Source: a virus. From it: a stretch of 64,000 bases of DNA. Below, in pieces: positions 27,695-38,400 of the stretch. How positions within the stretch are numbered: the first letter of the stretch is position 1; each line of letters opens with the position of its first letter. Location of the stretch: positions 1 to 64,000 of the IMG/VR virus record IMGVR_UViG_3300020187_000015; one strand, written 5' to 3'. The notes beneath the pieces are model-generated. The model saw only the letters and a program-made list of their open reading frames with translations, was not told the origin of the DNA and did not search any database. The position numbers were made by a program, and so were the translations under genes.

Positions 27695-28445
27695 TCTTGA
27701 TTGCAGACTCCAATGTATATTGGGGTTTCCAACCTGTCAAGAACTTTCGTTCATCTGCGCAAGTATAATTTTGGTACTGAGACTTAATTGGGTTTTGTAT
27801 GTATTGAACTTCCTTGCCTAGTATTTCTGCGAAGTCCTCGAAAGGTCTAGCAGTTGCAGTCCCTACGTCAAATACTCCATGAAGCTTATTTTCAAAAGCA
27901 TAGATATTCGCATCTACGACATCATCTACATATACAAAATCTCTTTTGGGTCGCCCATCAAACAAAGTGAATTTATCTTTATGTAGGTATTGGTAAAGAA
28001 CCGAAGTCATCTTAATATCTTTATTATGCTCTCCAATTCCAAATACATTATAATATCTCAGAGCTGTAAAAAGATGATGGCCCTGCCACTTGTTTTCTGT
28101 AACCCATTTGCTCCAAGCATAGGGGTTCATAGGGACATTATTGCCATTGCCATAAAGGGAAGCGGAGGAGGAAAAAATTACTGGTATGTTTAAGGATAAA
28201 GATAACTCAATAAGATTGTCAGAAAAGAGAGAGTTGTATGTAAAAATTTCTTGAAGATTATTAGATATAGTATCCGTCTCTGCGCCAATGTGGAATACGC
28301 AATCTATGTCCTCCTTTAGTAGAGAGGCATTCAGTAGATGAGCCTCATCCTTATCTAAAGTAACAATCTCGTAACTGTCAGACATAAGTTCTAAAAACCT
28401 AGATCCAACAAATCCTTTTGATCCTGTCAATAAAATCTTCTTCAC
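27669..28445 (-). CDS. gmhD: ADP-L-glycero-D-manno-heptose 6-epimerase-like SDR
   Basis: TGSKGFVG, SSASLYG, YAWSK, LRYYNVFG, RDFVYV, YQNYTCAD. Confidence 0.75.
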   Translation of the reverse strand: MKKILLTGSKGFVGSRFLELMSDSYEIVTLDKDEAHLLNASLLKEDIDCVFHIGAETDTISNNLQEIFTYNSLFSDNLIELSLSLNIPVIFSSSASLYGNGNNVPMNPYAWSKWVTENKWQGHHLFTALRYYNVFGIGEHNKDIKMTSVLYQYLHKDKFTLFDGRPKRDFVYVDDVVDANIYAFENKLHGVFDVGTATARPFEDFAEILGKEVQYIQNPIKSQYQNYTCADERKFLTGWKPQYTLESAIKNVIAYYNV

Positions 28446-28804
28446 TAATCTCCTTTAGTTATTCTATAACTATCTTCATCCAAATGCTGAGTAGAAAACT
28501 CAAACATTTTTGTATCTACAATGGCTTCCATTTGATGGACGAGGCCAATCGGAACTTCAAATATATCACCTTTGTTTAGAATAATTGTTTTAGATTTTAA
28601 AATGTCCTCGTCAAAGCCGTATGTAACTTTTAACGACCCCTCTTGTATATAAAAGGTCTCATGTTTCAACTTATGAAAGTGCCAAGAGCATTTCTTGCCT
28701 TTCACAAAAAACAAGATTTTGCCACAATACTTCTCATTGTTGACTATCCATTCTTCATATCCCCAACCTTTAGGTACAAATTTATCTAGTTCCTTATAGC
28801 CCAT
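28445..28804 (-). CDS. cupin (sugar isomerase-like)
   Basis: KGWG, YCGK, SWHFH..KHETF, H motifs. Confidence 0.8.
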   Translation of the reverse strand: MGYKELDKFVPKGWGYEEWIVNNEKYCGKILFFVKGKKCSWHFHKLKHETFYIQEGSLKVTYGFDEDILKSKTIILNKGDIFEVPIGLVHQMEAIVDTKMFEFSTQHLDEDSYRITKGD

Positions 28805-29336
28805 GTTTATAAGTATCTACTAAAAGCTGTATTCCTACAAGCCTTTTTTTAAATTCTGAATCACAAAAATCTTTTTGCCTAATCTCTTGCCAATGAAAGA
28901 ATTTACCACCCCTCTTTTCCCAGAGGAGCTTATGTCTATCGTCATCATCGATGAGAAAGTTATTGGGGCAAGCACAGACGAACTTATCTTTCGACGTAAC
29001 GATAAGCCTATCCTTATAGGTTGGAAAGTATTTTTTAATCCAATCAATTTTGCCTCCAAAGCATGGAGAGTTAGGCCTCGCCTTTGAAAGAAAATATAGC
29101 TCCCCCATTTCTGAAACCCTTTTAATTAAAGCTTCGCTCCATGAAAATGGCTTTAGGGAAATCCAAAAAAGATAACTCTCCATAAGCTCGTCAATCTCTT
29201 TCTGCTGACTTTCTGTAGTAAGTTCTGATACTTCTCTAGGAATGCTTCCATCTATGTCAAGATCTAGATATTTAGCGACTGGATCTGTCCAATTCACAAT
29301 CACAGAATCCATGTCAAGAAAAATAATAGGCTTCAT
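28794..29336 (-). CDS. HAD 5'(3')-deoxyribonucleotidase-like
   Basis: FLDMDSVI, K..WI, LIDDD. Confidence 0.75.
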   Translation of the reverse strand: MKPIIFLDMDSVIVNWTDPVAKYLDLDIDGSIPREVSELTTESQQKEIDELMESYLFWISLKPFSWSEALIKRVSEMGELYFLSKARPNSPCFGGKIDWIKKYFPTYKDRLIVTSKDKFVCACPNNFLIDDDDRHKLLWEKRGGKFFHWQEIRQKDFCDSEFKKRLVGIQLLVDTYKHGL

Positions 29337-29337
29337 A

Positions 29338-29682
29338 TTATCCCTCTTTGACAAAAAGACCGTCAACCATTTTTCCTTTGCGATCCTTTATCTCATCGTA
29401 AGCTGACTGTAAGCAGTCTTCCATTTTTACTCCAACCATTTCTGACAATAAAATGATTGTTACGATCATATCTCCAATGCCATCTTTAACTTCTGCCATA
29501 GCCTCAGATTTAGCTATTAAGTTTTGCGGATTAGAGAGTAAGCTAAGCTTATTCAAAGCCTCTAGAGTCTCGTCAAGCTCTTCTTGAGTTTTGCCTATTT
29601 GCTTGATTGGGTTAGAGTTTGCAAAAATATCTCTATCTTCAGCCCAATCAATAACTAAGTTTTCTAAGTCTTTGTAGTTCAT
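29338..29682 (-). CDS. MazG-like nucleotide pyrophosphohydrolase
   Basis: KTQEELDE, DGIGD, AYDEIKDRKG. Confidence 0.85.
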   Translation of the reverse strand: MNYKDLENLVIDWAEDRDIFANSNPIKQIGKTQEELDETLEALNKLSLLSNPQNLIAKSEAMAEVKDGIGDMIVTIILLSEMVGVKMEDCLQSAYDEIKDRKGKMVDGLFVKEG

Positions 29683-29739
29683 GTATGCATTATTATATGC
29701 ACACAGAGCCGAGATCAAACAAAAAACTATGTCATGAAT

Positions 29740-29958
29740 TTACTTTTTCTTGATAACCTTTTTAGGATTTTTTTTGGGTGATTTTCCTCCTATCCAAGCT
29801 TCATTCTTGCTTGTATTGGGGTTGTCGGCTACAAATCTACCCTTCTTATTTCTAGCTCTTTTTGCCTTAGGTTTAAGTCTCTTGGATTTGTACGCCTTAA
29901 GAGCCTTATCTCCTAAGTAAACTGCAACGAGTGCTAGTGTTATATATATTAATGGCAT
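29740..29958 (-). CDS. small basic membrane-anchored protein
   Basis: RARNKKGRFVADNP.T..NEAW motif. Confidence 0.7.
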   Translation of the reverse strand: MPLIYITLALVAVYLGDKALKAYKSKRLKPKAKRARNKKGRFVADNPNTSKNEAWIGGKSPKKNPKKVIKKK

Positions 29959-30050
29959 GATATTTTATATTAATTTAATTATTTTCCCGTAGGAGGAGCT
30001 ACTATTAGTTAGAGTTGCTTGTATCTATATTATATATATACACAAAAAAT

Positions 30051-30224
30051 TCAAAGTATTAAAGTAATACTGACATTGGGACTTGCTGTAATCGTAGTAG
30101 TATTTGCGCTAGACGCTACTACTTCTATCTGATTATTATCAGATAGAGATATCGAGGCGGTTGAAGGTGAATTGAGTATAACTGAAGCAGAATCTTCTCC
30201 ATAAACTATTACAGGTATGCTCAT
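30051..30224 (-). CDS. small Ser/Thr-rich protein (57 aa)
   Basis: Manually read; ATG overlaps protease stop. Confidence 0.5.
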   Translation of the reverse strand: MSIPVIVYGEDSASVILNSPSTASISLSDNNQIEVVASSANTTTITASPNVSITLIL

Positions 30225-33200
30225 TATAGAAATCTATTTTTAGATTTTGGATATAAAACTCCCTTAGGAGTTCTCTCTGGGGACACTCTTTGTGGATATA
30301 CTATTCTATAAAATGAGTTCAATTTTTCATAGTTCCAATATTTAGGAATAAAATTATTAGAATCATAAAGGTTGACGTTATTTAAAGGAACGTTTGGATA
30401 ACTTTCTTCACTTGGATCTGGATCGTACATTTCATCTCTCTCTGATCTAGATTGCATAATATTGGAAATATCTTCATGCTTTAAATTTGGATATTTTTCC
30501 AAATAGAGCGCAGCTATTCCACAAACTTGAGGTGATGCCATACTTGTTCCATTCTTTTTTGAATAGTAAGAGTCCAACACTTTAAATGAACCTCCTCCGC
30601 TATTGACGGCTCCAATAATGTTTTCTCCAGGAGAATAAACATGAACTTGTGGACCATAATTAGAGAAAAAGCTTCTGTTTATTTGACCCGTTTCTTCTCT
30701 ATTCGCAGCTAATGATCCCACATTAATGCCCACGGACTGAGGAGCGCCAGCTGAATTGAATTCTAAGTTGCTGAAAAGAGGAGTAGAGCCAGTAAAAGGG
30801 AAAGAATAGTTCGTGGGTATAGAGCCAATGACTTTGGCATAATTTATATGCCCCGATGGAACTAATAAGTTATTATCATTACCTGCGGCATTAATTATAA
30901 CTATCCCATCTTCAATACAGTCTTCCATGTCGGAATTGACGGAGTCTAGGGTAATATTGAAGTTATAACCTGCAAATTGCTCCTGCTGCCCAAAATCTTC
31001 GAGCAGATCTATATCTATATCATGAAAAGTTGAGATAAGCCCAACAAGGCTTTTATCGTGTCCTGGTAGAGTTTCGCCCAAAACATATAAAGCGGGCGTC
31101 TTGGACTTAAACGCGAAATCTTGAGGTTCAGATCTATTTTTAATTAGAGCATAAGTCTTATTAATTGATATGGCGCAGTCTACATTACCTAGTCCAGTTA
31201 AAGTTTTTTGATTTATTACAGGCTCAAGCCTCCACGCATTTTGTAAGCCAGGAACGTCGTCCGTATGCCACCCGAATCTTTTTACATAGCAATAAGAAGA
31301 AGGAAGCCCATTATTAATATCTTTTTCATTTACCTGAGTAAACTCTCCATACAAGTGGTAATAACCATTATTAAAATCGCTTACCATCTTTGTCACTGGA
31401 CCGTTAACAGTAAAGTTTGAATATTGATCTACAGATGCTCCTGTACGCAAATTATATCTGCAGGAATAAGGAGAGTTTGTGTTATTCCCAGAAGTAAAAG
31501 AGCCTAATACTATATACTGGGAATCAACATTAAGTATGTTGGTTTGATTGACTATTGAACGGATTTCTCCATTAGTACCAGAAAAGTTTTCAAGAAATTC
31601 AACAACTACGCCTCCAGTAGGATCTATAGCGCATATATTTTGACAAGAATGCTCTCCTACTTGATTAAAATCTCCTACAATGACCATTGAGTGGTTCATT
31701 GTGAATCTATCAGCCCTAGTAGATTCTGAAAAATCATTTATAACGGCATTTCCAAGATTAGACAAAGTTGGAAGGTCGAACGTATCATATCCTGAAATAC
31801 CAGTCTTATTGAAAGAGGTGTCTGTTATTAGTATGCTGTTCTGTGTAGATCCATTATATTGATTAAAATCTCCAAGAATACGGTATGTATCGCCGAAGTC
31901 CGAATTTGTCTGTTTCTTAATTTTTTTAACTTTGCCGTTTAAAGTTTGGAATAATGGGTTATTTATGTCTGAAACGCCTCCGTATGTAAGATCGAAGGCT
32001 ATTAAATTTGACACTGGACTCAAAGAGCCGTTTTTATTTATAAAGTTTGAAAATTCGCCTCCTACTAAAATTTTTCCTAATGAAGCGGGGCTTGTGTTAG
32101 TTTGGTAGTAGCCTCTGAATGTTGTGTTGACCTCTATTGTTTCAACTGGTCCGTCTACGCCCTTACCAAAGAAAAGGTCGTTTGAATTAAATGGGTCTTT
32201 TAATATTGTATTATTATAAAGATCTAGTGCAAAGAGATTAGAAACATCATAGCTTTCGCCATTTAGTTCTACACCAGTAAATGCTCCACCTATAATCAAT
32301 CTTGTTGAATCAAAGGCTCCATATATATAATTTGCATCATTTATCTTTCCGCTAACTTTTAAACTGTAAGGAAGTTGAATTTCATCACCAATCGGAGAAT
32401 AAGTATTGGAATATTTTTCACTAAATTCTGATGTTATACCAGTTAGGTTTTCGATTTCTGGTGGCGTATAAGAGTATTTCCAACTATTGTTAATTACCGT
32501 TGGGTTTTTTCTATTCGTTCCTGTGTTTATCGGCTTGGAATTGTGAAATTCTCTGATAGAATCAAATATAAGGTTAGCATTATTTTCATACGGATTAATA
32601 TTATATATATTGGACTCAGAGGCTAATCCTTGTGAATTTCCACAGGCTATAGATGCTACATGCATCCCATGATTACTTTGTGACGAGTTTTGTGGATTGT
32701 AGCTGTATCCTGGCCACCAAGTTCTTTGTGTAACTCTACTGCTCGGTCCGTAAACGAAATTAGAGGTCCCAGAAGCTGATGAGATAAGATCAAAAGCTGC
32801 AGTATAAATATCTTCTCTAAAACGGAGAGGACTACTAATAAGGGATGTAGAAGGGTCAGAAGTATGTATAATATCTGGGGCAACGTATTTTCTATAATTT
32901 AAGGCCCCTCTAGCGGAATTTAATATGTAACGAAAATCTAATGGCCTATTTTTAACAAAATATCTACCTTCATATTCTTCATTCAAAACAATTTGAACAT
33001 CTGACTGAAGCGAAATTACTTCGTGCTGTGTAGAATCATCTCTATATGGAATAATCTTATATTCATTTGACATGACTCCATCATTAGAGTATTCGCTACT
33101 GTTATAAGAGGGTGACGAATAGAAATATTGCGAGTAATCAATGCAGGAGTACTCAAAATTATATTGATAGCCACTATCAAGTATAGATGGCTTTGGCATA

Positions 33201-33985
33201 GTTTTTGTAGCGATATTAGGATAGTATCCGCTTTTGAGAGCCAATGTAATGTCTGTACTAGTCAATCCAAAACAGTATAATCTCACCATATCTTCACGAG
33301 GGGTGCTTTCTACGTCTGAATAGAAATGAGTAAGCGGCGTAGTTTGCGCGAATCGATCAAAATACCTGTTTAAAACTCTACCAGTTGGAAATGAATCACC
33401 ACTTACAATAATTTTTTCGGGCAATCTTTCTACGTCTGATCTTACCCTGGATGTATGTTTTTTAAATTCTATATGGTAGGGGTCAAGATCTCCATCTACT
33501 ATAACAACATCGACATCTTTGCCCTTGTTGGAGTCTATTTCGGATGTCGATATAGAACGCGTTGTAATATAGTTACCTAGTTTTTGTTGGTCTACAAAAA
33601 AATATGCCGTTCGATAGTTAAAGGCCCCATTTGAAGAATAAAATTTGTAGGAATCTGTGTTCGAACCATTAATAGCAGTCCTTAATCCCCAATTTGATTC
33701 GCCAAATATATAAGAAGGGTCAACGTTTGAGGTACTGCTTATTGGTACTACTTTAGCACCTAGCGCTTCTGGAGTTAAAGAAACACTTCTAACCCTTTCG
33801 TCGTTTGCAAGAGCTAATGCTTCCTCGTCATCTAAAAAATAATGCGTATTGCGGCTAATTTCTCTTCTATTTATACATTCTACACATCTGTCTGGCAAGC
33901 AATCACAATTACTAGAGCTTTCCATTTCATGATAGAATGAATTTAAATCCTCATGATTCCATAAAGTTACTATGTACTCTTTCAT
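30224..33985 (-). CDS. large subtilisin-like S8 serine protease with inserted beta-rich domains
   Basis: Triad VVIVDGD / HGMHVAS / GTSMASP, plus NNSW and AAGND; repeated xxGxFxxxNG units. Confidence 0.85.
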   Translation of the reverse strand: MKEYIVTLWNHEDLNSFYHEMESSSNCDCLPDRCVECINRREISRNTHYFLDDEEALALANDERVRSVSLTPEALGAKVVPISSTSNVDPSYIFGESNWGLRTAINGSNTDSYKFYSSNGAFNYRTAYFFVDQQKLGNYITTRSISTSEIDSNKGKDVDVVIVDGDLDPYHIEFKKHTSRVRSDVERLPEKIIVSGDSFPTGRVLNRYFDRFAQTTPLTHFYSDVESTPREDMVRLYCFGLTSTDITLALKSGYYPNIATKTMPKPSILDSGYQYNFEYSCIDYSQYFYSSPSYNSSEYSNDGVMSNEYKIIPYRDDSTQHEVISLQSDVQIVLNEEYEGRYFVKNRPLDFRYILNSARGALNYRKYVAPDIIHTSDPSTSLISSPLRFREDIYTAAFDLISSASGTSNFVYGPSSRVTQRTWWPGYSYNPQNSSQSNHGMHVASIACGNSQGLASESNIYNINPYENNANLIFDSIREFHNSKPINTGTNRKNPTVINNSWKYSYTPPEIENLTGITSEFSEKYSNTYSPIGDEIQLPYSLKVSGKINDANYIYGAFDSTRLIIGGAFTGVELNGESYDVSNLFALDLYNNTILKDPFNSNDLFFGKGVDGPVETIEVNTTFRGYYQTNTSPASLGKILVGGEFSNFINKNGSLSPVSNLIAFDLTYGGVSDINNPLFQTLNGKVKKIKKQTNSDFGDTYRILGDFNQYNGSTQNSILITDTSFNKTGISGYDTFDLPTLSNLGNAVINDFSESTRADRFTMNHSMVIVGDFNQVGEHSCQNICAIDPTGGVVVEFLENFSGTNGEIRSIVNQTNILNVDSQYIVLGSFTSGNNTNSPYSCRYNLRTGASVDQYSNFTVNGPVTKMVSDFNNGYYHLYGEFTQVNEKDINNGLPSSYCYVKRFGWHTDDVPGLQNAWRLEPVINQKTLTGLGNVDCAISINKTYALIKNRSEPQDFAFKSKTPALYVLGETLPGHDKSLVGLISTFHDIDIDLLEDFGQQEQFAGYNFNITLDSVNSDMEDCIEDGIVIINAAGNDNNLLVPSGHINYAKVIGSIPTNYSFPFTGSTPLFSNLEFNSAGAPQSVGINVGSLAANREETGQINRSFFSNYGPQVHVYSPGENIIGAVNSGGGSFKVLDSYYSKKNGTSMASPQVCGIAALYLEKYPNLKHEDISNIMQSRSERDEMYDPDPSEESYPNVPLNNVNLYDSNNFIPKYWNYEKLNSFYRIVYPQRVSPERTPKGVLYPKSKNRFL

Positions 33986-33991
33986 AGCTTA

Positions 33992-34756
33992 CTATAGGAA
34001 TTGTAAAATATCAAAATAACCAGTTAGGGAACTTTCTGTTTGACCAGATGTCGTGCTTATAGCAACCATCATTGATTGACCGCTATTAGTAGTATTGTTT
34101 ACAGACCCAATAAGAGATGGCGTAAACTGCACAGTCTCTCCAGAGGTCAAAATTACCTCAGTAACTAAACCAGCTCCGTTGGCTGGGTCTTGAAAGGATG
34201 GTCTACTTAGATCGCTATAATCTACGCTGTTATATAATCTTACTCTACAATCCCGATTGGCAGATACTGCATTTAAACCAACCACATCAATTCCAGAAAA
34301 GGTCTCAGTATCTATGTAATTGTATTGAGATACCCCAGTACTTATAAGGCTAGAGTTTAGAAAACCAACATTTCTCCTTGGCGTATAAGTGCTGGCTACT
34401 GGAATCGGATTAGCGGAAAGTGCCGTTTCATTTTCTACAATTGTAACTGATCCTTGTAATAGTTTCTCTGAAGTTCCGTCACTTTTATCTACAAATAAAT
34501 CATAAGAGCTTGGGCCAACAGAAAGGGCATCTGTCTGAATTTTTGAAAGTGATAATGTGACTGAGCCATCTGCTGGGTCGCCAATAACATCTATCGTAAA
34601 ATTAGCCTGTAATCCATTACCCGCATTACCTCTTATTTGAGAAGATAGAGAAGTATTAGAAAGGTCATAACTACTTCCGTTTGAGTTTTTTATTGATAAA
34701 TTTATTGAAAAAGTTGCTCTTTTTTCAATTATAAGGTTATAAATTCCTACTGCCAT
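33992..34756 (-). CDS. virion/tail-associated protein (BppU-like N-terminus)
   Basis: YNLxIExxATF...YDL...LLQG pattern; GTGTAAATA upstream. Confidence 0.6.
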   Translation of the reverse strand: MAVGIYNLIIEKRATFSINLSIKNSNGSSYDLSNTSLSSQIRGNAGNGLQANFTIDVIGDPADGSVTLSLSKIQTDALSVGPSSYDLFVDKSDGTSEKLLQGSVTIVENETALSANPIPVASTYTPRRNVGFLNSSLISTGVSQYNYIDTETFSGIDVVGLNAVSANRDCRVRLYNSVDYSDLSRPSFQDPANGAGLVTEVILTSGETVQFTPSLIGSVNNTTNSGQSMMVAISTTSGQTESSLTGYFDILQFL

Positions 34757-34761
34757 ATAAA

Positions 34762-34770
34762 TATTTACAC
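34762..34770 (-). promoter_or_regulatory. putative late promoter motif GTGTA(A/T)(A/T)(T/A)A; also 23624, 30035, 35268, 44538, 46024 (-) and 60533 (+)
   Basis: Usually 0-8 nt before ATG of genes lacking a TTGAC promoter. Confidence 0.55.
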
Positions 34771-34775
34771 ATTTA

Positions 34776-35261
34776 TCAGCCTCTTCTGCCGCCAGGAGTG
34801 AAATAAAAACCTATTATCGCCCCAAGGGTGGTGATTGCGACCAAAGCGATGTGTCCCGTAGTAATGCTTGTGGTGATTTCTGCTCCACTTGGGAACTTAA
34901 TGAGTCCCCAGATAAGATTGATTTGCTCTTTACTTTCTGGAGGGGTAAAAGTAACGAGGGTTGTATTTGGGTATAAGGTGCAGAGTACTGAGATGACGAA
35001 AAAGTTGAGCATCCCCATAAAAGCAATGAGGCGGCGAGTAGTCCTAGTGAAAATACCAGTGTCTTTATCGGTTTCGCCAACGAGCATTTTTTGAAACTCA
35101 ATATCCATTTCACGAACCTGCATATCTCTAATAAGCTCTCTGCGCTCTTTGGCTGCTTTGGCTTCTGAAATCCCCTGAAAGGCGCCACCAACAATCTTAA
35201 GCATACTGCCCATGCCAGTCGCCCCAAGTGTAGATAGTAACATTGTGATAAGTCCAAACAT
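34776..35261 (-). CDS. holin-like membrane protein
   Basis: Three hydrophobic segments, R..I and IIGFYF end motif. Confidence 0.5.
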   Translation of the reverse strand: MFGLITMLLSTLGATGMGSMLKIVGGAFQGISEAKAAKERRELIRDMQVREMDIEFQKMLVGETDKDTGIFTRTTRRLIAFMGMLNFFVISVLCTLYPNTTLVTFTPPESKEQINLIWGLIKFPSGAEITTSITTGHIALVAITTLGAIIGFYFTPGGRRG

Positions 35262-35354
35262 ATAATGTATTTACACTTATTTGCAGACTTATTGTAATAT
35301 GTCATATATTTATGGGTTTTCTCAGTATTCTTTAAAATATAATTATCAAATATT

Positions 35355-35957
35355 TCACATCGTCTCCAAGAATTCTTTCCAATTCTCTTTGATTAATTCT
35401 TCGTCTTCAAATTTTTCTCTTTTTTCGTGCCACTCTGGATTAATCCATCCAACCTCGGCGTAATAACCTTTTCCCCTCGTATCTACGTATTCATCGTTGA
35501 GTTCTAGTTTTTCACCATTGTAGTAAAGGTCTTGAATAAATTCTCCAAAATCTGTTTCAATAACAGCAGCGGAAATAAGTTTTGAATCGAAATCTTCGGC
35601 TTCTAATTCCCAACTGCAAAAATCACCTTTCTCTGCGCTGTGAAAAATCATTACTGGAACTGAACCATGTTCAGAGTCAGTTATATAAGCTTCGCGGCTC
35701 ATAAGGCAACTTACTGGTATGTCCTCTTCAATCTCTACCTCTTCTCCATCCTTAATTTCGTAAGCGGTCAAATTAGAATCGGAATACATTCCAAAGACGT
35801 GTTCTAAATCAGCATCGTCGTAAAAGGTATCTAAAGCCTCTTCAATTAAGTCTGGATGTTCTTTGTTCGCCCATTTATTTACAAAATCTGCGTCTTTAGT
35901 GCAGAGTGCGTACTCGCCGCCATAACCAGCACCTACAATTTTAAATTTTCTTTTCAT
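35355..35957 (-). CDS. acidic hypothetical
   Basis: 200-aa ORF. Confidence 0.75.
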   Translation of the reverse strand: MKRKFKIVGAGYGGEYALCTKDADFVNKWANKEHPDLIEEALDTFYDDADLEHVFGMYSDSNLTAYEIKDGEEVEIEEDIPVSCLMSREAYITDSEHGSVPVMIFHSAEKGDFCSWELEAEDFDSKLISAAVIETDFGEFIQDLYYNGEKLELNDEYVDTRGKGYYAEVGWINPEWHEKREKFEDEELIKENWKEFLETM

Positions 35958-36107
35958 TTGTTATTTATAAATTTTTTAATATGTTTTTCTTTTATTTGCG
36001 ATTGTTTTATCTGGTTATATGTAGAGATATGTTCTTTAGGTAGCAAATTAACGCGCCCATCTTCAAATTTAATCAGGATATTATTCGCCCCAACAAAGTG
36101 TTTAAAT

Positions 36108-36368
36108 TTAATACTCATCTGGATCGACTTCAAATACTTCTCCGCCAGAGATTACATTTATATGGTATTCATCATGCCAAAACAATGCGTCGATAGCTTG
36201 TTGTACTTCGAGAGGAACATTATCGCGCTCGTCAAACTCGGTGTCAGCGGCATTACAATCTTCCACTCTGTAAGCTGTATATACTACGCCATCAACCTCC
36301 ACTACTAAAGTGTGAACAGTTTTCTGGTATGTTAATTCTGGGGGTTTTACTATTTTTACTTTTTTCAT
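36108..36368 (-). CDS. hypothetical
   Basis: ORF in small-gene block. Confidence 0.65.
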   Translation of the reverse strand: MKKVKIVKPPELTYQKTVHTLVVEVDGVVYTAYRVEDCNAADTEFDERDNVPLEVQQAIDALFWHDEYHINVISGGEVFEVDPDEY

Positions 36369-36392
36369 AATTTACATAATTTATCTTAGATT

Positions 36393-36587
36393 TTAAAAAT
36401 TGTCAAGTTTTTTTTGTTCTGCATTATTCTTTTTCCAAACTTTATGTTTATTATCAATTTCACTAGATAGGATCATTATTTTATGGTATGGCTTATACAT
36501 GATCCATGCCGTGCAGTCGTATCGCAAAAAGATCTTAGCGATCATGTCACCTGCCCAAAAGAGTATTAATGATGCTATTGTTCTCAT
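36393..36587 (-). CDS. hypothetical
   Basis: ORF in small-gene block. Confidence 0.6.
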   Translation of the reverse strand: MRTIASLILFWAGDMIAKIFLRYDCTAWIMYKPYHKIMILSSEIDNKHKVWKKNNAEQKKLDNF

Positions 36588-36588
36588 T

Positions 36589-36855
36589 TTACTCTACTTC
36601 GTATTTTGAACACTTATCGATACACTCCGTGAATGTATCTTCGAATCCGTCTTTATCATTATTCCAACCATTAAAACAATAATCAAATAACCAATCGTGA
36701 ATTTCAGTCTCATCCATACCTTCGATCCATTTCTCTTTCTTGACTTTAGCTACAAGCTTATCCAAATACTGGTCTTGAATCTTACCCAATTCTTGGATAA
36801 AATCTCCAGTCTTAAATGCTTCGTCGTCTAGTTCTGCTTTGATTTTTACTTTCAT
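36589..36855 (-). CDS. hypothetical
   Basis: ORF in small-gene block. Confidence 0.65.
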   Translation of the reverse strand: MKVKIKAELDDEAFKTGDFIQELGKIQDQYLDKLVAKVKKEKWIEGMDETEIHDWLFDYCFNGWNNDKDGFEDTFTECIDKCSKYEVE

Positions 36856-37115
36856 AATTGTTTGTGTATATCTTTTTTCGATTGCTGCCGTTCCTTTTTA
36901 CTTTGATCGCGCTTGCGCCACTTCAGATGTTTCCACCATTCGACCTTTTTTACTATCCAAGAGCGCGGCATAATTTTATAGTAATAGTGTGACAGACGCT
37001 ACGATAGTAATTCCAACTACCATTCCAGTCATAGGACTACCTAAAAAGTATCCAACGCAACCGCAGATCGCGATAAGTGCTAAGGGTTTAATATTCTCTG
37101 ATATATATTTCATAA

Positions 37116-37340
37116 TTATTTGTGTCTCGGTACTTTCTTATTTGCATCATCCATACCCATCGCTAACTCGAGAACCATACGCTCACTCCATCCAGCAAAC
37201 GGACCTCGCATAAAGACTTGAGTCAGTTCGTCAGGTTCGAATCTATCATACTTCTCAAGAGTCAACTTAACCCAATTGTCAGTCGCTTCTTGCCATGCAT
37301 TTTGTTTTTCTTCGTATTCATTCATACTAATTTCATCCAA
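37116..37340 (-). CDS. hypothetical
   Basis: ORF in small-gene block. Confidence 0.6.
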   Translation of the reverse strand: MDEISMNEYEEKQNAWQEATDNWVKLTLEKYDRFEPDELTQVFMRGPFAGWSERMVLELAMGMDDANKKVPRHK

Positions 37341-37621
37341 TCTGTTTTTTCATCCATTAGTTCAGTGCCATCTATTTCAAGTAATTGTTTAAGGATACCA
37401 TAGTTATTCATTCTAGTACCGTAACCTTCTTTGTGACACTTATAGACACTGCCGCTTTCGCCAATGAATAGCCAATGACCACCATCGTCTTTTACTTCAG
37501 AGATACCGCTATTAAGTTTCCAACTATCACCATCGAGATATCCACCGCTCCAGCCCGCAAGGACTTTATAGATTCCTTCTCCGACTTTTACTACTACCCA
37601 ATTGTCTGGTGTATTTTCCAT
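37322..37621 (-). CDS. conserved phage hypothetical
   Basis: PDNWV...YKVLAGWSGGYLDGDSWKLNSGI motif. Confidence 0.8.
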   Translation of the reverse strand: MENTPDNWVVVKVGEGIYKVLAGWSGGYLDGDSWKLNSGISEVKDDGGHWLFIGESGSVYKCHKEGYGTRMNNYGILKQLLEIDGTELMDEKTDWMKLV

Positions 37622-37625
37622 TTTA

Positions 37626-38171
37626 TTACTTTACTGTGAGATAGTAAGTACCCATTCTCGATTTATCGCGTTTGATCTTTATAACAGTTAAGCCTTCTAA
37701 CTCCTTATGAACTTTACTGAGATTTGTACCTACAGCAATATACGGTCCACCACTTGGGTCAACTGAGTCTAAGCTACCATCATCCTTTCGAGAACATCCA
37801 ACATGACCATCATCTTCAAAGGAATACTCAACACAATTCTTAGATATGATAGTGAATTTTCGTTCCTCATTGTATCGGCTTTTAACTACAACATCTGGCC
37901 ATCCAGCCCAACTACCTTGAATTGGATCAGAGACACCCGAAGACACTACATCTTCAGCAGAATCAAAATCAACTTCGATTTTATCATCTGGATAAAGATG
38001 CTCTGTCATTTCTCGACCTTTTTCAAAAAAGGACTCACCTACAGAATCTGGATGATACCCCGCGGCAACGCACAGACTGTACAACTTCTCGGTCAGGACA
38101 GTCATCCCCATTGAATCGTGTTTACTTTCGTATGTAACCTTTTCTTCGTAATGCTCTATTGTAATTTTCAT
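37626..38171 (-). CDS. hypothetical (VDPSGGP motif)
   Basis: 181-aa ORF. Confidence 0.7.
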   Translation of the reverse strand: MKITIEHYEEKVTYESKHDSMGMTVLTEKLYSLCVAAGYHPDSVGESFFEKGREMTEHLYPDDKIEVDFDSAEDVVSSGVSDPIQGSWAGWPDVVVKSRYNEERKFTIISKNCVEYSFEDDGHVGCSRKDDGSLDSVDPSGGPYIAVGTNLSKVHKELEGLTVIKIKRDKSRMGTYYLTVK

Positions 38172-38400
38172 AATTTATAGACAACTCAACCAGATACAGA
38201 GGCATACAAAAATGCACACTGAAAATACACCAATAGTAATCTTCTCGATTAATTCGAGCGAGCCGTCCTTGGTCCTTTGTTCGTTAAACGACTTTTTCAT
38301 AATTATTTCTTCTTCTCTGGATTAACATTAACTACCCACCACACAAATCTAGAGAATGCAGCAACTGAAACTACTGCGGTAATTATATATATTACTTCAC

